This document shows, piece after piece, positions 1 through 11,088 of a stretch of DNA of 64,000 nt (positions are counted from its first letter, which is position 1; each line of letters opens with the position of its first letter). Under the pieces are notes generated by a model. The model worked only from the letters and a program-made list of their open reading frames with translations. It was not told where the DNA came from and made no database searches. The translations under genes and the position numbers were made by a program. Origin of the DNA: Zygnema circumcarinatum SAG 698-1b. Lineage: Eukaryota > Plantae > Zygnematophyceae. The stretch lies in assembly GCA_037447605.1 (NCBI GenBank), contig CM074819.1, positions 2,006,297-2,070,296 on the forward strand. Reading direction: 5' to 3'.

Positions 1-436
1 TGTCGATCATTTTCGCCGCCGGGGCTCCATCGACCCCCGCCATTGAGCCTCCTGGTTTGCGGCTGCGATTGATCATGTAGCGATGGGCAACTCGCGGTCG
101 GCTGATCCGTGGGCACTCTCTCTGCGCCGGGTTGGTCTGCGGCGGCACAGCTATGCGTTCAGGCCTCCCTCACCACCACGGGTGCTCCTCGGCCGGTCGC
201 TGCGTTCTCACTCCTCGAGTTGAAGAAAATTCGGAACAAATCCAGTCCTGCCCTCATCAGCGTCTCTCTCGGCCATATCAAGTCCTCGGACTCTGTCGGA
301 GTGCAAAGTCACCAGTTTGACCGAATCTTCCCTCATCGGCAATTGAGGTGTGTAGTAAGGGCCCGCTCCGGAGTCGATTTCTCCGGCTCCTTGCGACGCC
401 GGGTTCGACTCAGCCTCCTTTCGACGTTGACATTGC

Positions 437-1440
437 TCACGAGTGGCTCCTTAGGCTCTCGCGGCATCTTTGCGATCTCCTCCAAAGCGGGACCTTAGAG
501 GCCCCGGCTTGCCCAGCCTCATTTGGTCTCAGCGTCCTCATATACACAATCTCCAATCTGTCTTTTTGGGTACGGGTCTCACCTAGCAAATACACGCCAC
601 TGCGATCCACCGTGATGTCCCTCGAGCTCTGCACTTCCTTCGCTCGCGGGTTCCAAATCCTGTAGGTGCGACTGTCCATGTTGTAGCCGAGAACATATCC
701 TTCAACGGCTCGCGGGTCAAACTTCCTCTTCTGTCTCGCCTTCGGCACTGTCGACCAGCAGCGCGCTCCGAAAGCCTTCAGGTGGGAAACCGTGGGCTTT
801 CTCCCACTCCACACCTCCTCAGGAACCTGGTCCTTGAGCACAGAAGGATGGGCATCTATTCCTAAGGTAGCTAAGGTCATCACACGCCTCTCCCGAGAAA
901 AGCGGGAAGGGGAATCTATGAGCATGGTCATGTCCCCAACGTCCTATTACCACTTTTCGGCAGCTCCATTGCTTTGAGGGAGTAGGGAGGCAGAGAATTC
1001 ATGCCCCAATTCCACGAGTCTTGAGGTACTTTCGCCGAACTCCTTGACTTGAACTCCCCCTCCAGATTGTCCCGGCGCAGAGTCTTGAGTTTACGTCGCT
1101 CTCTCGCTCCCACATCTGAGTCTGCCAATCACGAGAAGGCTCGAAAGCCTGGGAACTTGTTCTTGAAATTTTTCACCCGATTTCCTCGAAAATCGCCGAG
1201 AAAAGTGATGAAGTACCGGCTCCTCCACTGCGTTGCGGTGTCCGCGGGGCCACAAGGTCGGTGTGAACCAACTCCGGTTCTCTAGCATGAAATTGCGCCT
1301 CCTCTCCTAAGCTCCACCATGAATGGTTCCGTCTTGCCTTCCCCTCTACACACTCCTTACCGTAGAGAGCTCCTTCTCCACGACATCTCGTCTAACCCAG
1401 CGGACCAGCCCCTTAGCGGCAAGCTGTTGCAACCCCGATG
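437..1440 (-). pseudogene. Copia integrase and SH3-like domain remnant, frameshifted
   Basis: Peptide fragments LKTLRRDNLEGEF (cf. LRTDNGGEF) and PEEVWSGRKPTVSHLKAFGARCW...RKFDPRAVEGYVLGY...YRIWNP lie in different frames. Confidence 0.85.
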
Positions 1441-1803
1441 ATTCAAAAGATGTCCAAGTCTGATGCAGAGATTTATAGCGGTTCATTACCCGACCATCAC
1501 ATCTTCATCCTCGTCAGCTTCTATAATGAATGTCACGGGCCTCCGCTTCTCATACTACCCCTCAAAGCGGCCGCTTCCCCGTCAACTGCTTTGCATGAGT
1601 AGCTACACAAGACTTCTCCTTGGTGCTGATCCTACCATTGCCCCCTCTTTACACACCTGGCTATGAGACATGAAGTTACGGTTTCAGCTGCGGGGGTGTG
1701 GAGTATCCACCCGATACACAAAGCGGCTCCTCCCTCTCCTCTTAAGTAGATGGCCGAGCCGTCTCGAGAATCATCTTGGCCTACTCCACCCGCCGTGGTA
1801 CAT

Positions 1804-2488
1804 CCGCGCGCTTGCCTTTCTGGCTGACCACAGGTACTCATAGTGATCTTATGGCTATCCCTTCCATCTCGGCCTAGCCCGGATAGGTTAGGGCGTTACT
1901 TGAACCGCGGGGGAGGTCTTGGGCTGGAGTACTGTGGCCGAACCAGGATCTTTTGGATAAAATGCTTGAAGTGCGTCAAAATGCAGTTATGCCGGGCGCT
2001 TACCGACCTCTGGATCAGCGGCCAGAGATTTGGCGCTGGCGCGCGCCGCTGCGTCGGCGCCCGCCCGTACCCGGCCAGCGACCCAGCGAATCGCGGCGGC
2101 ATCTTTTGACAAATGCGAGTAAAATGCTTTATGCAGAGATGAGTAGCGGAGAGCCGACTCACAGCCAGAGATACCAGCGCCCGTCTTGGCTAGCGGCTGG
2201 CCAGCGCCGCAGCAGCGCAGCGCCAGGTGAGATCGCGGCGAGACCGCGAGCCCCGTCTCGACCGATAACTTCGACTAAGGATCACCCGCTCCGTGGCGGA
2301 GCTTTGATTGGGCAGTCCGGCTCCGGGTCCTCCCATCTTTGGTAGGGGTTGAAGGGGGGAGCTTAAAGAGCTGCGCCCGGATGAGGACCATCCGAGCTCT
2401 TTGTACCGACGTGAGCCCTCGTTTCTCGGCTCTCTCTTCCTCTCGACGCCCAGACTCTCGAGGCGGCCTGCCCCGGTGAGGGTGTTAC
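1804..2488 (+). repeat. Gypsy 5' LTR (start approximate)
   Basis: Aligns by eye with 4996-5669 and is followed by the degenerate tRNA-Met PBS. Confidence 0.75.
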
Positions 2489-2869
2489 GATGATATCAGG
2501 CCAGGAGTTTAGAGCCTGGGGAATTTCTTTTGGGAGGACAGCCGCAGCGCGCCAGCATTGATGCGAGCCCAGCGACGAAATAAAGGTGGCGTCAGCGCCA
2601 CTCCCACCTCCCATCTCGAGATTGAGAGGGGCGTGGACATGGTAGCGAGCGGGGCGCTGACAGCGACCCATGAACTGCAGGCGGGCTTTCAGCCCCACCT
2701 CCGGCCAGCCCCTTCTTCGCCAGCGGGGACGGAGATCGGCGACTTTCAACATTTGCGGAAAGGCGGCGCGGTCGCCCGGCCGCAGGCGGCTGGCGCCACT
2801 GGCGCCCGGCGAGGCCGGGGAGGGGGCTACTTCCCTCGGCGGGCAGAGCACCCGATCACCCCCAGTGAG

Positions 2870-3930
2870 TATGGGGGTGCCCATCCCCGTGGATGGGGAT
2901 GAAGTCCTCCGCCGAGCGGAGGCCAGCGCGGATAAGCGCTTTTCCGCGCTGGAGGAGGCGCTGGCTCGGATGGCGAGCCAGCAGGACGCGTTCCAGCAGA
3001 ACGTGGGGCGCCTCCTCGGCGAGATCTTTGAGCAGGGCCGGCAGAACCGTGAGGACCCTCCCCCTCCAGCCACTGGTAAGCCCACAACCCCTCCTCCTGT
3101 AGCATTCTTGCGTCTGATAGGAGGCAGCGGCCTCTAGGGGAAATAGAAGGCTACTGCGGCGCCCGTAGGTGTCACGAGGGGCCCTACCGCACCGTCCGAG
3201 CTGCCTCACAGCGTGGCGTGGAATCCACCAGGCTCCCGACCCGCGAGGCTGGGGAGCTCGCCAGCGTACTTACCCGCCGGCGGGAGGCGGCCGCAGCCCG
3301 TTCCTTTGAAGGAGGTGGCGGGCCGCCCGGCGGCAATCGCCGGCGGTCTTGTGGCCGGGCCGAGGCGACCCCATTGGGGAGTCCGCCCGGCTGCGAGACC
3401 CTCCCGTCCGAGGCGAAGGTCCCTCCACGATCTCCTTATGGGGGATGAAGCCCATCTGCGGCCCCGCTTGGTGATCATTAGGCTGGGGGCCGGGGTGGAG
3501 TAAGGTACCTTTGTCTTTACCCAATGCCCTCCCGATCCCGATGGGTGAACTTTGCTTCACCCGCTTTGAAAGCGTGGCATGGAGGCGTCTATGCCGGCGC
3601 AAAGGCGTTAATGCGGCAAAGACTTTTGAAGTTAGAGTCGGAACTACTCCAAACGCTAATCACCGGATCGATCTTTTGTTGCGGGACGGTTCGATAAACT
3701 CATCGCGGTTTGGGCGTGGCTAATTCCCTACGGGGTAGATGCGGCTTGGGCTTCAATTACCAAGTTCCCACCTGGCCCCGAAGAGTTCTTCTTCCGGTTC
3801 AGCCATGGATTGAAGCCGTACGTTCGGAAACAGCTTCGGCTGAATCCTCGTACCTTGGAACCTTGGGGACCTATGGATGATGAGCTGATGTTTGCAGCTG
3901 CAGTCCAAACTGACGTTGCGCCTACAGATG
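2870..3930 (+). pseudogene. Gypsy gag remnant
   Basis: A coiled-coil-like start (ADKRFSALEEALARMASQQ) and a retrotransposon-gag-like motif FFFRFSHGLKPYVRKQL, broken by stops and frameshifts. Confidence 0.55.
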
Positions 3931-3939
3931 GTGATTATC

Positions 3940-4790
3940 GGGACGAAGCAGGCTATGAGTACAGCCTTCCACCCTCAGACGGATGGCCAAACTGAGCGGG
4001 TGAACCGGATTCTGGAAGACTATTTGAGGCATTATGTGGGACCCATCCCGGATGGATGGGATGAACTGCTCCCGGTGGCTGAGTATGCCATTAATAATGC
4101 ATTCCAGGAATCAATCGGTACCACTCCTTTCTTCTTGAACTTTGGTCAGCATCCTCTAAATCCCCTGCAGCCAAGAGATCAGCAGCCAGATGTGTGGAAC
4201 ATGGATGTTCACAGGCTCCCAGATCCTTGGGGCATGAGAGGAGCTGGCGGGAGTCAACCTCCCGCCGTTAGTGCTTTCACTCGGAAAATGTCCGAGGCGT
4301 TACAGAGGGCAAGGCAGACCCTGTTAGCAGCCCAGTCGCGGCAGAAAGCCTATGCTGATCGTCGTCGTGCTGCATTAACCTTCGCTGTAGGCGATCAGGT
4401 ACTGCTGAGCACGTCGAACTTGCGCCTGAAGACTTACGGCGGAACCCGTAAGTTGTGGCCTCGCTTCATGGGACCTTTTTCGGTCGTGAAGCGAATCGGT
4501 GAGGTCGCTTACCGGTTGGCTTTACCGGCTCATATGAAAGTGCATCCGGTCTTTCACGTGGGTCTTCTTAAAGGCATCTGCATGGCGATGGAGAGTCGAC
4601 CACCTCCCCTCGATTGGAAGTTGAGGGTGACCTGAGGTATGAGGTAGAACCATCCAAACCAGCGGGTGTGAGTAGAGGTGAGACTTCCCACGCCCGCGAA
4701 TATCTCGTGAAATGGACGGATTTGGAGCTATGGGGTTGAACATGGCAGATGGGAGCGTGAGCTGTCGACAAATTACCCGCGGGCTCACGA
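3940..4790 (+). pseudogene. Gypsy integrase C-terminal half plus chromodomain remnant
   Basis: MSTAFHPQTDGQTERVNRILEDYLRHYV...WDELLPVAEYAINNA...GTTPFFLNFGQHP...KLWPRFMGPFSVVKRIGEVAYRLALP...VHPVFHVGLLK, followed by YEVE...EYLVKW. Confidence 0.9.
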
Positions 4791-4995
4791 GATTGTCTTG
4801 GGGCCTTGAGCCGCATTTGAGGTGGCTGAGGCGGTAGGGGTTCGAACGTCCACGCTATACTCGAAAAGGACTTGGCGGGATTACTTGTTGGGCCCTCGGT
4901 ACACCCAGCGAGGCGAAGCCGAATACCTCTTAAAGCTGCGAGAACAGATTACTTTTCCCGGTGAGCGAGGGGCGTTAGCGTACTCCTGAGGGTAA

Positions 4996-5669
4996 TGTAA
5001 GCGTAACGCTTCTGGCTGACCACAGGCGTGCCTCATAAGTGATCTTATGGCTATCCCTTCATCTCGGCGCTGGCGGATAGGTTGGGAGCGTTGCCAAGAC
5101 GGCGGGAGGTCTTGGGCTCGATCCTTTAATGGCCGGGCAAAGGGATCTCTTTTGGATGCGTCTTGGTCGTCCGTGCGAGGGTGTCTGGGCCTTACCGACT
5201 ATCTGGATCCAGCGGCGAGAATTTAGCAGCCTTGCCCGCCCTACTGTCCGGCTGGCCTTTGCCCGCCCGTAGCGACGCTTGAGCTGGCGGCATCTTTGGC
5301 TGGCTCGTCGATGCTTGTATGCAGACGAGTAGCGAATCACGACTTCTGTCGAGGGTCTTAGCATCTTGGCCCACACGGCCAGCGTATGCGCCCGGCAGCA
5401 GCGCCCGTGAAATAGCAGCGAAGACCGGGCTTGTCTCGGCGATAACTTCGGCTAAGGATCACCGCCAGCCTTGGCGAGCTCGGTGGCGATCCCGCTCCGA
5501 TCCTCCACATCTTTGGTAGGGGAGTTGGCGAAGGGAAGCTTAAAATTTTGCTTGGATGGGGAGACCATCGAGGCTCTTTCAACTACCGACATTGAGCCTA
5601 CGTTTCTCGCTCTCCTCTCTTCCTCTCGACACTTAGACTCTCGGAAGCGACTTGCCGGCGGGGGTGTTC
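4996..5669 (+). repeat. Gypsy 3' LTR
   Basis: Begins TGTAAG after a purine-rich tract and is homologous to 1804-2488. Confidence 0.8.
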
Positions 5670-6790
5670 TGATCCTCTCTCAGGTTCGCAGGAGTGAGCA
5701 GTCGAGGTCTTCTCGAGCGTGTCCAGCGTGGAGAACATCAGCTTGTCGCCACACATATGTGTGGAAGCGCCTGGGTCGATCAACCACGGCCGCTTCAGAT
5801 CCTGAGCCTGGATCTTCCCAACAAAGTCAGAATTTTCATGCCTTTCAGCCATCATCATATTGGTCTCATTCGACCCTCTGCATTCGGTGCTCTTGTGACC
5901 TCGCTTCTTGCACTTGAAGCAGATCCCCTTGAAGCCTTTCTTCTCCTTCTTGCGAATGCGTGGCGCCTCCTCTCCCACAGATCTTGAGGAGGGACTCTTA
6001 TTCTTAACACAACGCTAGCGGTCTGTAGAGTAGTGGCGATCTTGCCTGGCGTGCTTGCAGCTCAGCGGCGAAATGCGTTCTCCTCGGTCCGGCCGGCACC
6101 TCCTCTTCCCACGTCTTGTCGTGAGTCACGGCGCTAGCACCTTACTCCTCGGTGCTCAGGTGTCTTGGGCGGTGTGTCCTCCTCCTTGATCCTCGCTTCA
6201 ACACTCCAAGGGTCATTTCGAGGATTACGTTAGGGCCAGGTCCTAAAGCTATTTACTTGTTGCTACATCAAATCTAAGAAGGTCAATCCCTAAGGCCCAG
6301 GTGATCTTATAGTCCTCTCTAGCGGTTTACGTAGGCTATGAACCTCTCCATCCAAGGTATCCGGCGGCCGTATATTCACTTTCGGTTTCTCGTCAGAAGT
6401 CGTCTTCATCTTCCCAGTACAGCGTGTAAAGACTCCTTTATTGGCGTTATCCTTCACGTCGTACATCTCTTCTAGCCTCAGCATGGCGTGTGAGGTGCGA
6501 GAATCCTCTGGCGTAAGACGAAGGGAACTTCCACTGTGAGCTTCGTATTGATCACGGGTGGCGCTTTGTTGTCCTTGGCTCCGATACGAAAAGCGGCCCA
6601 GCCGTGTTCGGCCCCTGGCTGTCGCGGGTAAACTCCCTCCGGTAGCACGGTGCACTTAAATGTAGATGCTAGTTGGCGTACCAACGGTCCGCTGCCCGCT
6701 GGCAAGGAACCGGCCGCCATCTCCACGCCCCACTTGTAGTCTTGGCCGTCCGAATCGCGGGAATCTTTGGCTTCGCATTAGTCTGTCGCC
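5670..6790 (-). pseudogene. Copia gag / zinc knuckle / protease remnant
   Basis: ORF 5598-5978 contains CFKCKKRGHKSTEC and WLIDPGASTHMCGD. The upstream gag part is degenerate. Confidence 0.8.
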
Positions 6791-6810
6791 CCGTTAGCTC
6801 TGATACAGCT

Positions 6811-7188
6811 TGTTAGATCACGGATCTGGCTCGTAGCTCCGGCGCCCGCACCAGCGTGCCTTCCTCCATTGGAACTCAGTTCCAGCGATGAAAACATCTT
6901 ACGCTCCTCTCTACCATTTCTATCTCGCCCGCTCCTGTAGCCCATAAACTCCACCAGAATGAGCGCGAGAGCGAGCAGCGGAAATGGCGCCTGAGAGTAT
7001 AGGAAAGCTCGCGGCTCTAAACTCCTTTATAATAAGAATGTCGCCCAGCATGAGATTCTCCCCTCACTTAGGCTTCTTATCCACTTACTCACTTACGCTG
7101 CGGCTTATGGCAGGCGGCCAGCAGCAGCGGCGAGCCTGAGAATAAGTCGCGGGGCTAGGTAGTCCTAATGTGGTTATCGCCCGTAACA
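6811..7188 (-). repeat. Copia 5' LTR, 378 bp
   Basis: Bounded by TGTTA...GTAACA, next to the PBS-like sequence (plus strand GCTCTGATACA, 6797-6807). Confidence 0.75.
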
Positions 7189-7819
7189 AAGCTAAACCAC
7201 ATATAAGCGCTGGCGTGTTACGTGGCATCTTCATTGGCCAGGTAATACAATGCGGCCGCCTGTCGTTCGGCGGCCAGTCTGGGCGTTCGGCATCCGGCTT
7301 CGCGGTCTTTTACACCCCAAATAAACTTCTGCGCCCAAACGACTGGTCAGTCATCCGTCTGGTCCATTGCGCCATCCCCGAACTTATCGTCCGGATTCAG
7401 TATGGCTGCATGCGCCCGTCAAATGCTGGCGTCTAGCCCGCCCGTAGCCGTATTCGTTCAGCCTGTAGCGCCCGTCTGCTTGATCAGCGTCCATGGCAAT
7501 CTCGTCGTCGCATTCGTAGCCGGATTCAACTGTCGCGTGGGCTGGCGGCTTCGGTCTCCTCGCGTAGTTGACACCGTCGCGGTCCGTGAGGACGGCAATA
7601 ATAGAATTACGGCCAGCGGTTCGCCCAGAGGCATCCCTGCCGGCAATCCTGGCGCGAAAAGCGTGCAGACGCTGACGTTTGGCGGCCGGTATTTCCCCAG
7701 GAGGAACCTTCTTAGCGGATCTCATGTTTCCCGGCCCGAGGGACCGCACTTGATGAGTGGTGAGCGTCTGATGTCCCCAGCATGATGCAGCCGCTTATTG
7801 CGCGGTAGATCGCGTGGGA

Positions 7820-8190
7820 TCGAAACAACCGAATTCGGTTGCCAACCCGATGGTTCTTGATTTGAAACAACCGTTGGTGGTTGCCGGCCGGTGGTTCGCG
7901 GGGCCAAGAAACAACCATTCGGCCGGATTTGCGGCAGTGGATGCCCGGCTGGTTCGAACCGATCGGCTGATTGCTTGACCCGGTGGATCGCGGTAGGCAA
8001 CCATTCCGGCTTGGTTGCTCTTTCGATGGTTCGCGGTGAAAGCAACCATTGATTGGTTGCCAGCGGTGGTTGCCGGACCGAAACAACCATTGGCGGATTT
8101 TGCCCGGCCCGATTGGATGCGGGTAGAATCAACCATTGGTGGTTTGGAGCCGGTGGATGCGGCGGTTGGCAACCTTCGGCGGTTGCCCGA
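7820..8190. repeat. Array of CAACC/GGTTG motifs, often paired as short palindromes
   Basis: Examples are CAACCGAATTCGGTTG at ~7826, CAACCATTGATTGGTTG at ~8044 and GGTTGGCAACC at ~8164. More than a dozen half-sites occur in ~370 bp. Confidence 0.7.
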
Positions 8191-8869
8191 CGGTAGGCGC
8201 GTCGACCATTGCCGTCGATGGTTTGTCCAATGGACTAGCCGTCCGAGATTTGGCCCCGTGAAAGATCCGTCAGGCTTCGCGCTGCGGTCGCAGCGATCCA
8301 CCAGGCCGAGATCTCCGCAAAACAAATGGCGGGACGGCGGCTGTGGAAAGCTGCGGCCGATCACCATACGCCCGCGTGTTCCTATATTCGCGAAGCCTAT
8401 TTAAGTAATTTTTCTTTCTCTCCCCGGAGCCAGCCCTCTTCCCGTGACAGCGTCTCGCGGATCTCATAAGCACCATGGGAGAGTGGTGTGGCATAAAGGC
8501 GAAGAGGTATTCCACTCGTACTCCCCTACATTCTTTACATGCTCCCTTCTTGTCCTACTTGCATCTACATTTCCCGCCTCACTCTCTCTCTTGCTCTCTC
8601 CCTCCCTCTGTCACTCCCGCCCTGGTGTCTCTCCCAATATCTCCCTGCCTGTCCCACTCTGTCCCTCTCTCCCATTCTCTCTCGCCCCATGTTGGTACTT
8701 CTCTCACTCCACTATCACATTCTTTGCTCTTACTGCTGTTTGCTATCTTTGCTATTGCTGCTTGCCGTTACTAACTTCTTCTTTGCGAAATTTCTTCTTT
8801 ACAACTTCTTCTTGACAATCATTTTCTTTTTCGATCTTTTTTTTTTTTTGATCTTTGCATTAGAGGCAT

Positions 8870-9460
8870 TTCCCCATTCAATTTCCGCGTTCACATTCCG
8901 CATTCGCATTCCGCGTTCCATTCCGCATTCCGCATTTCGCATTTCGCATTCCGCATTCAGCGTTCCGCATTCCGGCGTTAGCATTAGCATTCCCATTCGG
9001 AATTCCATTCCGCATTCGCATTTAGCATTCAGCGCTCGAATTCCGCATTCGCATTTCGTATTCCACATTCCGCGCGTGCATTCCGCCATTCCGTTTTCAG
9101 CATTCCGCGCATTCCACATTCCGCATTCGCATTTGGCATTCCGCATTCGCATTCGCATTCCACATTCCGTTCCGCATTTCCATTCCGCATTCCACATTCC
9201 GCATTCCGCATTCCGCATTCCGCATTCCGCATTCCGCATTCCGCATTCCGCATTCCGCATTCCGCATTTTGCATTCCGCATTCCGCATTCCGCATCCCTC
9301 ATTCCGCATTCCGCATTCCCCATTCCGCATTCCGCCTTTCGCATTTCGCATTCCGCATTCCGCATTCCGCATTCCGCATTCCGCATTCCGCGCATTCCGC
9401 ATTCCGCATTCCGCATTCCGCATTCCGCATTCCACATTCCGCATTCCTCATTCCGCATTG
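8870..9460 (+). repeat. (CATTCCG)n heptamer satellite
   Basis: A tandem GCATTCC run that is degenerate on the left and near-perfect at 9185-9440. Confidence 0.97.
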
Positions 9461-9885
9461 CGCATACGCAAAAGGTATTTGTACCCCAAAAAGAAGTACA
9501 TATGTTTTTGCTGATTTTATCCCTGGGTTATATACTGTAAGTATATGTCAATTCTGCCTTTTTTTTAAATCTCTGTAAGCCATATTGTAAACTCTAAGGT
9601 TCTTAGATTTGTGAATTACTTGCAACCCTTTTTTTGTTTAAGAAACAAGTACATCCTGAAAACCTTCAACCCTAAACTTTGAACTCAACTTTTTTTTTTT
9701 TAAAAGGAGAATGAGAAACTCTCCCCCCTTTTCGGATATCCTTTCCCCCTTTCCGGGAAATTTCGTACTTCCATTTCGGCTATCCATTCCCCCCCCCCCC
9801 TTTTTTTTCTTTTTTTTGTTTCTTCCCTCGCACATCAACGCAATGTTTGCAAACACATTCGCAAAGAGAGAGCAAAGCATAGCAA

Positions 9886-9920
<35 letters not shown>

Positions 9921-10380
9921 TAGAGAGAGAGAGAGAAAGAGAGAAAGAGAGAAAGGGAGAAAGGGAGAAAGAGAGAAAGAGAGAAAGAGAGAAAGAGAGA
10001 AAGGGAGAAAGAGAGAAAGAGAGAAAGGAAAGTGAAAGAGAGAAGCAAAGCAAAGCAAGCCAACCATTACATCATCATAGAGCTTCACATCCACAATCGA
10101 ACATAATGCATTTCAATGGAAACAAAGGTTAAACAGAGAAGAAAAACTTCTTAAATAAAGAAAACTCGACTAAGCGTTTGCGCATTTGGAGCCTACAATA
10201 CAGAGTACAAAACTACAACGCTGAGCCAGCCTGCCAGAACATTCCTCAAAAGGAGGGAGGNNNNNNNNNNGCCACCAAACACCTGCATCACCAAAAATCC
10301 TACAATATTAAAACCCCAAAAGCCCTAAAACCCCTAATACCCCTAAAACCATAAAATCTGTGACGAGTTGAGGGGTGGCC

Positions 10381-11088
10381 TTACCCTCCTCTCTCCCTCT
10401 CTCCCTCCCCTCCTCTCCCTCCCTCCCCTTCCCTCCCCTCCCTCTCTCCCTCCCCTTCCCTCCCTCTTTCCCTCCCCTCCCCTCCCTCTTTCCCTCCCCT
10501 TCCCTCCCTCCCCTCCCTCCCCTCCCTCCCTCCCTCCCCGTCCCTCCCTCTCTCCCTCCCTTCCATCCCTCTCTCCCTCCCTTCCCTCCCTCCCTCCCTC
10601 CCTCCCTCCCCTTTTTCCCCTCCCCTCGCGCTCCTCCTTCCTCCCCTCCCTCCTCCCTCCCTCCCTCCCTCCTCCCTCCCCTCCTTCCCCACTCCTCCCC
10701 TCCCTCCCCTCCTTCCCTCCCTCCCTCCCTCCCCTCCCTCCCCTCCCTTCCCTCCCTCCCCTCCCTCCCTCCTCCGTCCCTCCCTCTCTCCCTCCCCTTC
10801 CCTCCTTCCCTCCCTCCCCTCCCTCCCTCCCCTCCCTCCCTCCCCTTTTTCCCTCCCTCGCTCCCTCCTTCCTCCCCTCCCTCCCTCCCTCCCCTCCTCC
10901 CTCCCTCCCTCCCCTCCTTCCCTCCTCCTCCTCCCTCCCTTCCTCCCTCCTCCCTCCCCTCCCTCCCCTCCCTTCCTCCTCCCTTCCCTCCCCTCCCTCC
11001 TCCCTCCCTCCCTCTCCCTCCCCTCCTCCCTCCTCCCTCCCCTCCTTCCTCCCCTCCCTCCCTCCCTCCATCCCTCCTCGTCCCTCAC
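10381..11088. repeat. CCCT/CCTC polypyrimidine low-complexity tract
   Basis: Almost exclusively C and T. It lies immediately 3' of the stop codon of sugar transporter copy B. Confidence 0.95.

Larger units (their letters stand above)
1804..5669 (+). mobile_element. Internally deleted Ty3/Gypsy chromovirus-type LTR element
   Basis: Two diverged direct LTRs (~1804-2488 and ~4996-5669, shared core CTGGCTGACCACAGG...GTGATCTTATGGCTATCCCTT), a PBS-like TGATATCAGGCC at 2491, a purine-rich tract before TGTAAG at 4996, a gag remnant, an integrase C-terminus and a chromodomain. No protease, RT or RNaseH was seen in the 2.5 kb interior. Confidence 0.85.
1..7188 (-). mobile_element. Degenerate Ty1/Copia LTR retrotransposon, interrupted by a nested Gypsy element; its 3' part lies left of the window
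   Basis: Minus-strand order is LTR (6811-7188, TG...CA), PBS-like TGTATCAGAGC, gag, CCHC knuckle CFKCKKRGHKSTEC, protease WLIDPGASTHMCGD, then after the insertion a pre-integrase Zn motif (CVEGKARR), integrase remnants and the post-integrase SH3-like region. Protease followed by integrase is the Copia order. Confidence 0.85.

Noticed and set aside
8444-8520. Possible short exon (MGEWCGIKAK) with a GT donor
   Set aside because: No partner exon or recognisable homology was found.
8539-9540. Long ORFs such as (RIPHSAF)n and (MRNAECG)n
   Set aside because: They are translations of the CATTCCG satellite, which lacks stop codons in several frames. There is no splice or domain support.
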